Origin: Auanema rhodensis
Taxonomy: Eukaryota; Animalia; Nematoda
Assembly (NCBI GenBank): GCA_964057225.1
Contig: OZ059894.1
Location: forward strand, 16,554,001-16,618,000
Length of the DNA stretch: 64,000 nt
Direction: 5' to 3'
Shown here: in pieces, positions 13,987 through 25,860 of the stretch
Position numbering within the stretch: the first letter of the stretch is position 1
How the letters are laid out: the number at the start of each line of letters is the position of its first letter
Translations under genes and position numbers: made by a program
The notes under the pieces: model-generated
Seen by the model: only the letters and a program-made list of their open reading frames with translations
Database searches by the model: none
Told to the model about the DNA's origin: nothing

Positions 13987-16484
13987 TTATGCATCTCCAT
14001 TTCCACGAGAATGTGCAAGTAGCTTAAAGGTCTATAAATGGTATTTTTAGACAAATATCTGAAGACGTGACTGGTATAAGCTATAACATACTTGAGTAGC
14101 TGGAGCATCAATTATGATGTATTCCAATTCTGTTGAATTACTAGCATCTGTGGATTTAGCATTTCGTTCTAAAGCAATAGATGTTGACCGAGGTTCAAAA
14201 TAATCTAAGTCTTTTCGAGAAGACAGTGGTCCAGCACTCTAAAACAAAAATGAAATATGAATAATATTTAATTTGAATGAAACCTTAGGATGCTCCAATG
14301 TCTTTTTACGGGCATAAGGCATTTTAACAACAGGCCTATTCAATATACTTGTATTTCCATATGTTCTATCATCATCCACTTCAATACGTAAATTTGGAGG
14401 TTTCTATAATTTCATTTAATAATAATAATTGTTATTATTTATTATAAATAAAAACCTTTGATCTATCAATAGGTGGTCCTTCACTACCGTCGTTATGAGA
14501 TGGAAATGTTAAACATGATGCTGATAATGATTGTTTTGAATAAGTTCCTTAAAATAAAACTTATATTTTATATTTTAAACATTAAATATTCAAAAAAAAT
14601 TAAAATATATACCTTTATTCACTGGAGATGCTAAATTTAAATTACTACGAGGTAGAGAAAGATTACACGAATTTCTAAAATAAAAACATTCATTTATTAT
14701 AATTTCAAGTTTGAACATACGCTTTGATTGTCTCGCCACTACCGTGACCATTAGTTAATCCTCGTGAAAACATTGTACTTCCTGCTTCTGAGAGCTGAAA
14801 AATTTTAAAAATTTAAAATTTTTGATTGTTCATGTATACCGAAGCTTTTGGACCTTGAGTTGAGGATGTTATAGAAGGTTGCTTTTTCAGCCGAGATCTG
14901 AATAATCTACAATCATATTGCTTTGTTTGAGTTATATATGCGTGCAAAAATAAGAATAAAAATATGTTACCGAGGGGGAACAGTTGGTATTCCTGTTGTA
15001 GTAGATTGGGTGCTATGTACACTACTAGCATCATCTTCGGTCGTTGCGCTTTGGTGGGATGATGAGAGTGAGCAACCGGAAGCAGAGGAACAAGTTCTAT
15101 CTGAAAGTATCACCCTTTTTTGATAAAAAACATAAATAATTTGGATAAAATCGACTTCTTAATGATTTTAGTTAGATATTCAAAAGTTTATGCAAAATAT
15201 ATATGCGTCCATGTGATAAAATAAATATTTGATTAACATATTTCTCAAATAAACAGCGGATATATAATATTTCAATTTAAACTTTTAAGCAAAAGGTCTG
15301 GGCCGAACCGGGAGTCGAACCCGGGACCTCTCGCACCCGAAGCGAGAATCATACCCCTAGACCATCCGGCCACTGCCAGACCAGCCAGAGCAATACGACA
15401 TCACTCTACTATGTAGTAGAGGCGGCGGTTAGTTAAAAGTAATGCCAAACAAGGTTGATAACAAGAAAATTAATGAAAATTTTCAAAAAATTTTTTGAAA
15501 AACTTACTATGACGACTACTGCAATTAGTTTTCCTTTGTATAGTTCGCAACTCAATAGCCGATCGTGGCCCCATACGACCTTTAGCATTTTTCATATGTA
15601 AATATGTCATAGCTTTTACATGCTAAACAAAGAAAAATTGAAGATTAAGGCTTAAATTATGAAATCTGACTTGATTTTTTCCTGTCCTGCTTTCCGATGT
15701 AACATCACTAAGAGGTGGATCAAGAAGGCTATCCATTGATCGTCCAGATGAGACAGACATATCGTTGAAAAGTAGAGGAACTTCTGTGAATTTTGAATAA
15801 GAAATATTTGAAAATATAAACAAAATACCATTTTCATTGAAAGAATAAGGGTTTGGAGCAGATTGATCAGGCTGTCTTTCAAGATGACACAAACGACATA
15901 AGTTTTGAACCCATTCACGCATTTCCTATATTTATAAATATTAATTGAAATCATAATATAAGGAAAAAACGTACAATTTCTTCTTTTGCAGCAAAATATA
16001 CTTCAGATTTCTTATGTGAATATGGTTTACTTAAATGAATTGAAAAAATCCATTTTAAAACTTCAAATGAATTAACACACGATGAATTTGATAGTTCAAG
16101 ATATGAGTCAACCTGAAATGCTTTTGTTTAGTTGACAGACGGGTGCACAACTTGTAGATTACCTGATCACATCGATCTAAATCGTGAGTTTTGATAAGAT
16201 GTCTCTTAGATTCTTCCTTATATTCATCCAAGAAATAACGTTTTGTATCGGCAAAGCCTTCACCACGTAATACGAAAAAGCGTTTAACCCATCTTGACTA
16301 AAATAGAAAAGCATGAATGAGAAGCTCAATAAATTAGTGATGGACCTGAAAGGGAGGTATGAGCCAAGTGTTGTCCCTTAATCGGGTTAACCAGCCTTCA
16401 TACCACACGTAGGTTCCCATATTGAAAGCACTGAATAAACCACAAAAATCATTTACAAACGTACTTATTCAATACAAACCTCAT
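13987..16484 (-). CDS. soc-1: Gab/DOS-family PH-domain docking adaptor (SOC-1-like)
   Basis: N-terminal PH domain (YEGWLTRL...SRWVKRFFVLR...LDEYKEES...DLDRCDQV...WIFSI...YFAAKEEIEMREWVQNLCRLC), Pro-rich motifs, and paired C-terminal Tyr motifs LDYF and LEYIIID typical of the Gab SHP2-binding site; ends AHSRGNGDA* at 13987. Start is 16484 (MSAFNMG...) or 16420. Confidence 0.8.
15300..15371 (-). tRNA. tRNA-Pro (CGG), inside a soc-1 intron
   Basis: Reverse complement GGCCGGATGGTCTAGGGGTATGATTCTCGCTTCGGGTGCGAGAGGTCCCGGGTTCGACTCCCGGTTCGGCCC: 72 nt, anticodon arm CTCGC-TTCGGGT-GCGAG, TTTT downstream. Confidence 0.96.
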
Positions 16485-16930
16485 GATTCATTTGTGAAAA
16501 ATGAGACGATATTCGCCTGAAGATGATTTGTAAGTAATGAATGAGTGAATTAGTAAATTAATTGATAACAATGAATGCTCAAGACAGAAATATCAATTAC
16601 GCAACGAAGTGATCGGTCTAGTAGAAGAAAATCAATAAGAAAACCCAAGTATGGAATAGACTTAGCAAAGATCGCGCGCGCCATCGCATGCGGCATGAAT
16701 CGTATTAGTCAGAGAACGAAATATGCACTAGCCAAGGCTATTTTCGGAAGAAAGAAGACAACTACAAAGAAAGAAAAGAGATATGAATTATCATCATGTA
16801 TAATAACTATTATAGAAATTTATAAAACAAGGCAGTGGACACAGAGAAGGGAGGTGAAGTAGGCTGCAAGGCGTTGAACGCACCAGCAGCTTCGTCATGG
16901 AGATATTTTGATCTAAGCATATAGATAGAG

Positions 16931-16931
<1 letters not shown>

Positions 16932-16984
<53 letters not shown>
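16932..16984. repeat. (TA)n microsatellite
   Basis: About 26 uninterrupted TA units. Confidence 0.95.
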
Positions 16985-16987
<3 letters not shown>

Positions 16988-17164
16988 AATGTAATTCAGA
17001 TTCTGTCTTATTTTCAAATAAAAAAAGTATAATTTGCATAATTTGTAATGAAAAGTATATCCAATTATAATTTATATCAGTTTACATATATATGAGTTAT
17101 AGTAAAATTATGACAATAAAGAAGTACGAGGCCGAACATTTTCAGCAAGGTTTAAACGATAGGT

Positions 17165-17319
17165 GAAGACAGAAAGATTAATTATGACTATAATTAATTC
17201 GATCTCTGTCGGTATAGCATCACGCTCATGCGCTCAGAGTTCTGCGGTCATGATTCCGGTTCCCTCTTGGGTTTTTCCTTGATTTTTGTGTAAAACTGAC
17301 GCTATACCGCGCTGTCTTC
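17165..17319. other. Nested inverted-repeat element (candidate structured RNA or small TE relic)
   Basis: GAAGACAG 17165-17172 pairs with CTGTCTTC 17312-17319; CGGTATAGCATCA 17210-17222 pairs with TGACGCTATACCG 17297-17309 (12/13); perfect hairpin ATTAATTAT-GACT-ATAATTAAT 17177-17198. Confidence 0.45.
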
Positions 17320-18730
17320 TGATTTACGATTGAAACGGGATAGACAGGCAGAGAACAATGAAAGAAAAACAATTTTTTTGGGGTGATGGAATCTTAGTTT
17401 TCATATCAAAGATGATATGTTTAAAAAAAGCGATATAGAGATTAATATATTTAAACCAAAAAAAAAGAAAGAAAATAAAATAGTGAGAACAACCGCGTGT
17501 CAGCGACCACATGCTGAAAATGAAAAAAAACTTTATTGAATAGTAATTTGCATGAAATTGCTTGTAACACTGCAAGAGTAATAACTTGATGTTGCTAATG
17601 AGTTGGGAGAATGGTTATAAAACTTGAAGAACAAAGTAAGTTGTTTATCGATTAAACGATTGAATCGTATAATAAATATCCGCTTAATCCTTTTTATACA
17701 ATACAAAGGAAGATCTTAATCTGATGAGGAAGGCAGTAGCACGTGTGAGATAGGAGCTCTTAATGGCCAGATGGCCGAGGACAAGTGTGAGCCATCTAGA
17801 TGTTCAATCCCTTACTGTCAGAAGGACATGGACAGAACATTCTTCTGTTTTCTCTCACTTTTTTCTACTTCAATCGTTCTTGTTCATTCGTTTGACTTGC
17901 AAAATAGAGAACCAATGACTAAAACTGAAAACATTGTCCAAGAGCTGCACCAAAGCTTGAAGGAACATGCATGCGTTTTGAGAAAAAAAAGGTTATGTGT
18001 AAGAAAAAGAATGAATTATTGTTTAAACGACGGAAAAGATTAAAGAAAATAAAAAAAATATTGTTCGAATATATCATTTACGAGCGACGATTGACGAATG
18101 TTATCTCATTGATGACAAAGTTTTTTGATCGTAAAAAACATTTTAAAAATATTTGTATAAAAATAATAATTAAAAACTATAATTAACTATATGTATATAG
18201 TTATCTATTTTTCAATTTTTATTAACAGACTTGATTTATTCACCATGTTTGTATATAATAAATGGTACTATCTATTTCCTTCTTCTTTGTTGTAAAAAAA
18301 AAGAAAAAAATCGAATGTTGAAAGAAAAGAAACAACTTTTCCTTTTCAGACCAAATTTCTTATTTAACTGTAAAAACAATATATAAAACATTTAGTTAAT
18401 AAATATAATTTCTAAAATTAGTTTCTCAGTTAATTACTGAAGGAAAAACTTCTTTTCTACTTAAATAATTACTGGTTATTACAATGTGTACATGAAAATA
18501 AATCTTTAAAAAATATTTTTAAACTTAAAAAATTATGATTTTTAAATAAAAATAATTTTATATGATATAATCAAATAATAATTCTGGATAAAATCTTAAT
18601 AATTGCTCATTATAATTGGAATTAAACTGAGAATATACAACTTAAAACTTTAATTTTCTAATATAAATTGAATAATACTCTTTATTTAAGCTCAGCATGG
18701 TATTAATTTTTGGATTAATTAGACAACCAT

Positions 18731-18820
18731 TGACGTAATCATTGTGATATACAAGTGAATTCACGTAATTTCACGTGAATTCATGTAATTATTGTGAAAT
18801 TCACGTAAATTCACGTGAAA
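18731..18820. repeat. Degenerate 10-bp tandem array, consensus TCACGTRAAT
   Basis: Nine consecutive 10-mers: tgacgtaatc attgtgatat acaagtgaat tcacgtaatt tcacgtgaat tcatgtaatt attgtgaaat tcacgtaaat tcacgtgaaa. Confidence 0.75.
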
Positions 18821-19082
18821 CTTAGAAGAATTACTTCTTGATTCTCATATGAAGATAGGCACTTAACGATGATTGAATATTCTAAGTTATAATTTTCATA
18901 TTTCATCATTTTCCTTCTTGTTTTCCGTTGTGCAACGAAAAAAAAATTCAGAAAATTCTCGAAACTCGTGGTTGATGTTTCATTAGTTCGTTGAGCCAAT
19001 GCATTATTCACAACTAAGCACAATTTGCTCTGAAAAAAACTTCATTTATCCAAGTTGACGGCTACATTTTCTAGAAATTCTC

Positions 19083-19938
19083 TCAAAAATTGAGCAATTC
19101 ATTTCTGTATTTCATTTTCTCTGCATTCTCATACTGTATTTGCTTTGTGTGTTCGTCTTCTGCTAACCAGCTTCTTCTCAATTTCAGTTCTTCGTCTGCC
19201 AAATAGCTCCACCTATTGAGCAGCTCTATCAGCTATTAAGATATATATATACATATCTATCTGAAGTACTTTGAACAGACTTTCTCTGCTTTATATCCAT
19301 TTTCACAATATTCATGTTACGTCTCCATTAGATATTTCATTTCGTTACAAATTACGAAAACTTATTCAAACCTTCGATCATATTCTTCTTGGTTAGTCGA
19401 ATATTTACCTTTTGCATTGTCTTCAAATCTTCGATGTTCTTCTTGCCATACCTCGGCGGCTTTGCTTCTTACCTCTAGTCGTTGTCTGTGTCTTGCTCTT
19501 CTTCTTCTGTAGAAGCCAAATCAGTCAGTGTTAGATGGTGCTTTCATAATTTATTATATAATTAATAAATTAGATTTGAAAAACTTTAATTCTATCTTTC
19601 AATAATAATATATATAGAAGATATAAATTATTTGAAGCATTCTTTCATCAATCTTCTTCTTCCTCCTCTTTGTTCGTTATAATCGAAAACTTATACTAAC
19701 CATATATTTTAGTTTTAAATATATATTCAATCAGATAAACGTATATGTTTTTATGCAAAAAAGTTTTTATTTTCTCAAAACTATATCTAGTATTGTTAGT
19801 TAGTTATATTGTTTTATATAGAAAGTATCGTAAGAAAAGTAGGAAATCTTTCTAAAAACTAATATTTTTCTAACCTGTTTGCTTCATCATTTACCTCATG
19901 ATTATGTTGACTCAATGATTCATTATTCAATGTACTGA
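19083..19938 (-). other. Possible orphan or degenerate gene encoding a highly charged helical peptide
   Basis: Splice-bounded purine-rich segments 19938-19875 and 19506-19372 join in frame (...NHEVNDEANRRRRARHRQRLEVRSKAAEVWQEEHRRFED...); 19232-19083 is open for 49 codons (LIELLNRWSYLADEELKLRRSW...). No clear start and no recognised family. Confidence 0.25.
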
Positions 19939-20288
19939 CTTAGAAACTTACATTCTACGAAACAATCATCTCTTAATCCTGATTTTTGTTTTTTTAGGCG
20001 AAAAAAAGATTTTTTAAGAAGAAAGACAGAAGACGAAATACTGATAAAAGCTTCCATTTCATAAGAATATCGTTGATGTTTTAACTTTTCACTTCATTAT
20101 TCTAGAGCAAATTTTTTTTCCATTTGTTTGTCTTGCTCGTAAAAACAATGAAAAGTGATGTGAAGCGTTCTTGAGTACACTAAGCCTTATTCTCCTATCA
20201 ACTACTGCATTTTCATATTATTTCTAATATTATACTATTCCTTATCATTACTATTATTTATTTATTATTATTATTATTAATTTAAGAT

Positions 20289-20996
20289 ATGGCAGCTGGC
20301 TGGAAGAAGTTTACAGGACAATCACAGTATCCAGAACTAACTTCAAACAACGAAGGATCGGCATTCACATACGGTTCAAAACAAAATAGAAATTTCCGCA
20401 TGTCTTGGGTATGTTTCTGAATAATAATTTGAAATAGTATAAAGCTGTATATTTCTATTTTCAGTTGCAAGGTCGTCGGGATGAGCACAAAGAAAATCTG
20501 GTACTAGGATGGATCAGTCGTATAACAAATGAGGATTTATCACACGGATATGAACAAAATCTGGAAAAGCTTCACGATGGAAAAATTCTTTGCAGGTAGC
20601 GTGAGGAATAAAATTTTTTTTAAAGAAATCAAATTAAATTCTGAAGAATTATATTATATAGTTATAATAATTAATAATTAATAATATAATAATGCTTAAT
20701 TCTATAGATTCTTGAATCGTCTACGACCTAATTGTCTTGTTCGGCCAATAAATGAAAAGCCCGCACTGTTTTCAGCAGCTGAAAATATGAGAACATTTCT
20801 GGATAGTATCAAAAGCTTTGGCTTAACGTAAGTTCATAACAAAGTTTTTAATGTTTTGATTTTTAAAACATTAATATTAATTATTATTTATTTATTTTTA
20901 AGTGATGATGATCTATTTCCATCTCATGAACTTCTAGAGAAGAAAGATTTAGCTGGATTAATCGCTACTCTTACCAAACTACAAATGATACTGTAA
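20289..20996 (+). CDS. cpn-4: Single calponin-homology (CH) domain protein, CPN-4-like
   Basis: Four exons: MAAGWKKFTGQSQYPELTSNNEGSAFTYGSKQNRNFRMSW|LQGRRDEHKENLVLGWISRIT...LHDGKILCR|FLNRLRP...AAENMRTFL...FGLT|DDDLFPSHELLEKKDLAGLIATLTKLQMIL*. CH-domain signatures (LxDGxILC, EN...F, DLF...L.E.KD) are present. Confidence 0.88.
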
Positions 20997-21576
20997 ATAT
21001 AATGTTTTTTCCATTTTTTATATATAATATTTTGTTTTTATTTTAAATATTTTCCATTGTTTTATGAATCAGCATATACATATAATATTTTTGTTTAAAA
21101 GCAAAACTTTATTCAAATTTGAGATCGAATACGAAAGTTTTGAGAAGGAAACGAAAATTTAAACATCATAGAAAATAATATTGTTTGAAGAAAATTACAA
21201 ACTATAAGTAAAGTAAACAAAAAGATTGTTTTCTTCATCTTTTGTTCTGTTGTTATAATCCTAAAAAGTAAAGAAGTGAAAGAGCATGAAATGAGAAAGG
21301 AAAGAGAAAAAAAAACTATTCAAAGAACATGAAATAGTAATAATAATTGAAAACTATTCAACCGTTCTATAAATTTTAAAAATATATAATAATATTACAA
21401 ACTAGACCATGTAAATCACGTGAATGACGTGGAGTTGCAGAATACAAAATGCTAATTTACTTGCTGATGATGTCTAAAGCGTTGAATTGTGTAATGGGGG
21501 AAGTTGACTATCAGAAAGAACTTTTGTACAAAAGATATAGTTAAAAGATATAAGAATATAAGCATGAATGAACAAC

Positions 21577-22956
21577 TTATTGAATGACAAGCTTGGTTTC
21601 TTTATCAATACCATATTTTCCTTTATGTGTTTCAAATAAATTGGTAAGTTCTTTGATATAAATATCATGTAACTTATCAATATCTTCTTGTGTTGCATTT
21701 TCATTCTTTTCAACTGGAATTGGACGTCCAACAACAGTATCTATTGGTTTGGGATATGGCAAATAACCAAATGTCATCTGAAAAAACAATAATTTAGTTG
21801 GTAAATTTGTGTTTGATCAAGAGATAGATAATGATGATGTTATGTACCTGGAAGAAGCCTCGTCCATGAAATAGAGGCCAAGACATTCCAATCTTATTCT
21901 TCAACCATGTTTGAAGATTACGTAAAGTGGATCCAGGTGGATTAGCAACCTTTAACAACATTTGTCAAGAGAGAAGGAAAGAAATTTCAAAAACCTGAAC
22001 GAAAATTTCATTTTCTCCAAAAGAATATACAGGAACAAGATGAGCTCCAGTACGAAGAGCTTCACGAACAAATCCTTTTCTCGATTGAAGAGTTAAGCAA
22101 TGATATCCAGGATGAGCATCAAGTGCTTCTTCAGCTCCACCTAAGCATTATATAAACTTAATGAATAATATTCTAAAATAATTCTAACCAATAACAAGAA
22201 CAACAGCATTTCCTTTCCCTCTCTTTGTTAAAATATATTCAATTGACTGTTTTGAACAAGCAACAAATCCATAAAACATCAGAAGTTCTCGTCGAAGAAA
22301 CGTTTTGAAGTTTCCAACCAAAGTGCATAATTTGAAATTAATACCAGGGAACTAAAAAAGGCAATTTTCAATGAATATCTGATAAGAATAACAAACAGCT
22401 TCAAGTATTCCTGTTCCATTGGTAGCAAAATTGGTATAAGCAGAGATTGCAATAATTCCGTGAGGGTGGCAACCAATTAAATAGTTCTGAAAATTAATAA
22501 AACTAAAATTAATTAAACGAAAAGTAACTAAACAAAGTATGAAATCAAAAAAAATGAACTAATATATTACATTTTCTGGAGATAATTCTGCTGTCTTGTG
22601 CAGGTGAACTGGAAAATATTCCGCAAACCATGTATGAATTTTCCATCTAAATGTGAATTTTATGAGCTGAAAATCAAATCAAATTCAATACCTCTTGAAC
22701 CATTCAGCTGAATATCCACCTTCAAACGGAGAATTCTTATCATAATAACACCAAAGAACATACAAAGCAAGTATATGCCATTGAAATGTGACCAACTTTA
22801 AAGAAAAAATATCAATTAAGATGTAATGTACAAGATGAAACTTACAAGAAAAATTGGAGTAAAAAGACTAATGAATGCTATTGGATATGTCATAAAGAAA
22901 TGGTGAAAAACACCTAAGAATTGCTTCGCTTTATCAGATAATATTTGATTATTCAT
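21577..22956 (-). CDS. DGAT2: DGAT2/MOGAT-family acyltransferase
   Basis: ATG 22956; [13 protein letters not shown]; GCHPHG catalytic motif; [16 protein letters not shown]; [25 protein letters not shown]; FHGRG; TVVGRPIPV; [10 protein letters not shown]; stop 21577. The exact nematode paralogue (dgat-2, dgtr-1 or other) is not resolved. Confidence 0.93.
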
Positions 22957-25649
22957 TATCTGAAAATAATTTTATAAATAAAAAAAAGTAAAAAAAAAAC
23001 GAAAAATACAAAGTAAAACTTGAACAACTCGTATGAAAATGAAGAGAAAGTTTAAGAACGTATCTATGAATGAATGTTATGTTGAAGGATTTAACGAGCT
23101 GATGCCAGCTGTTCAGAATATCTCAAAAACTTATTGGATGATATTCAATAAGTGATCAAGAGCAATATAGTTTGTTTCAAAGATTATTTGTAACTTTTTG
23201 GCTTAAATAATGATTTTTTCAACAAATTTTAGGATGTAAAGAACCTTTAATAAGCTTAATGAATAAACTATATCATATAAAAATGTATAAATTATGTGTG
23301 AATTTAAAGAAAAAAATAGAAAATTTAAAAAAAATTTCGAATGAAAAATATAATTTTCATAATATATCGCATCTAATAATATTCTATACGTTAAAGTAAG
23401 ATTATAATAAAAAAAAAAGAAGATATTTTTGAAAAATAAAAGATTTTTCAAACAATTGAATGAAAAAAAAAATTTTATTGAAGTAATTAATAGTTAAATA
23501 TTTAGAAAATAAGATTAATATATATTTATTTAGAAAAGAGACATATCATTTTAGAATATTACGAATTAGTACAGAACCTTAGCTTATATACTCCGCTATG
23601 TGGTTCAAAGTACACCCAACTGTTTGAGTTGAACGTAAAGGCTAGACTGTGGCCGAGAGAATAAAGAAATTAATGAGAGTAAGAGAGAAGACGACTTGAA
23701 TCATCGGCAACATATGAACAACCCGTAATGTTTGAATCATATTAGAGTCTCGTTAGAGAATGTACTTTGCACCCTTTTCCTTAATGTAATGTATATCATG
23801 TTAATATGTGTTTCCCATCCAAATAACAAGGTTCAATGAATAAAGTTTCAATATTTATCAATGATAAGGTTAGTTTCAGAGATAAAGATAGAGAACAAAA
23901 GAGCAAAATGTTAAAAATACTTAAATATATATTATAGAAATTATATAATTATATATTATAAATAATATTTATTTATAACTATATGATATAGTATAGTATA
24001 GTTATCATTAAAAAAAATATCAACATTTTATGTTGTTTATTTACATATTAAACAAATATTTGTGTGTTTTTGTATTTTTTTTTAAAAGAAAAAGAGAATT
24101 TAGTATAAATTGAATGAATAGAGTATGTCATATTACTTGACAACTTTGATTATTGTAATGGGAATTCTTGTTTAGACGATGCTATTTAAGAAATTTACTA
24201 GTTTTTTTTTAATTTTTAGTCATTTATTTGTTCATTGATTAATTAGAAATATATAAAAAGAAACATTTTGCAATCAAAATAATGTACTTCATATCGGAAA
24301 GATGATCAGAAACTTCTAAACTCGTCTCTTCATTCAAATTCAAAACAATTGAGCGTTTGTTCAGTAATATATAGTATTGGTGTAATAACAAATTAGCAAA
24401 ATGCATTTAATTTTTAAAATTAATAGAAAAACCATAAAATTAGAAATTTTACATAGAAAAGTAAAATATAAAAATGCAAAAGAAAAACACAAGGAAGAAA
24501 GCTAGAAGCTTTGTTTTATTTGAATTACCAAAGCAAATAACATTTTTTTACATCACATAAATTGCTTACATAAAATTATTTTCATTGAATCTCTTTTAAA
24601 ATATTGAAATTTCTTTTAAATTTAACTGTAAAATACTTATTAGACAGACATACATAGACAAGTTATTAGCATATCACTTGTAGTCATTCCACGTGTTCTT
24701 ACGATTTCACGTGAACAGTAACAATTTTCATTTTGTGTATCTTAATATGTGTGGAACGGTTTGAACTATTCATCTCTCTCTCTCTCTCTTCTTCCTTTTT
24801 CCCTCTATGCCATCAACGAATTCCCTTTATATTCCTTAATCAAACCACCTATCTATTTGAAATTGTCTATTCTAATTTATCTTCTTCTACTCATGGCCAC
24901 ATGTTACATATATGTATATCTATACATAGATATTACATAAAAGGGAAAAGCCTACCCTGTTAGCGGTCTCTCGATTGGGTCATAAAGATATTCGTTCATA
25001 TCCTTTCATATTCTAAGGGCGGTCTGCTCTCTTCTGAAATCCATCTTACAGACAGCATACTGATGATGATGATGATGATGAAGGAAGGCCAGACTTATGA
25101 AACAGCCGAAGTAACAAGTACAGATCGACCTAGCATATTGAGTTCCGATAATGAAAGTCCCGAAAAGACTTCTGTTCATTGCAATCTATACAAGTACCAC
25201 TTATATCTATTATTATTTTCCTTTAATCTTATAGTAAAGAGACAAAACAATATAATAATATTTCTTCAAATTATATAATTAGTGTTCATTTTTCTTTTTA
25301 TCTTCAATCATTTCTTTTATTCTTTTTTGAACACATGAAACATACATTGAATAAATTAATTCAATCATTCTTCTATTTCCATATTCTTTCTATTTCTATC
25401 AATCTCTCTACAAATTCTAAATATTTCCTTTTTCCTATAACAGATGAGTCAACTGTTGTCAATTAATAATTAAATAGACAGATAAGAAGATCCATTTTTA
25501 GGATAATCTAATGTCTTTCCATCATTCAATTCCTTTTTTATAAAAAAGTCACTTATTCATTCTTCTGCATTTTAAAATAAAACTTTTGTAATCATTTCAT
25601 CTTTGCTCACCATTTTGTATTTTCTTTGGATGATATATCAACATTTTCT

Positions 25650-25860
25650 TTACCTCTCTCTCCCTCTTTCCCTTGCTGGCATACTCTCTCTTTCCCTTTG
25701 TAGCAAGCTCCCTCTTTCCCTTTGTAGCATGCTCTCCCCCTCTCTCTTCCTCCAGCATGCTCCCTCTCTCTCTCTAGCATGCTTTCCCTTTGTAGCATGC
25801 TCCCTATTTCCCTCTTTAACATGCTCCTTGTCTCCCTTTTTAGCCTGCTCACTCTCTCTA
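25650..25860. repeat. Imperfect pyrimidine-rich minisatellite, ~20-28 bp unit (CTCTTTCCCTTTGTAGCATGCTCC)
   Basis: About 8 degenerate copies centred on AGCATGCT; explains the three overlapping spurious ORFs in the track. Confidence 0.8.

Noticed and set aside
16575-16862. 95-aa basic ORF divergent from soc-1
   Set aside because: No recognisable domain or splice support; it overlaps an A-rich promoter region containing a CGCGCGCG element.
17771-18186. Two overlapping plus-strand ORFs (90 and 71 aa)
   Set aside because: They run into poly-A/K-rich low-complexity sequence with no family signature or consistent exon structure.
18731-18820. Repeat array considered as CRISPR-like
   Set aside because: Contiguous 10-bp units without spacers, in a eukaryotic genome with no cas genes.
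24953-24980. TACCCTGT matching the miR-10/miR-57 5' end
   Set aside because: Only 8 nt match and the local hairpin is too short for a pre-miRNA.
25063-25278. MMMMMMKEGQTYE... ORF
   Set aside because: It starts in an (ATG)n microsatellite and I could not link it to any downstream exon; unsupported, though not excluded.
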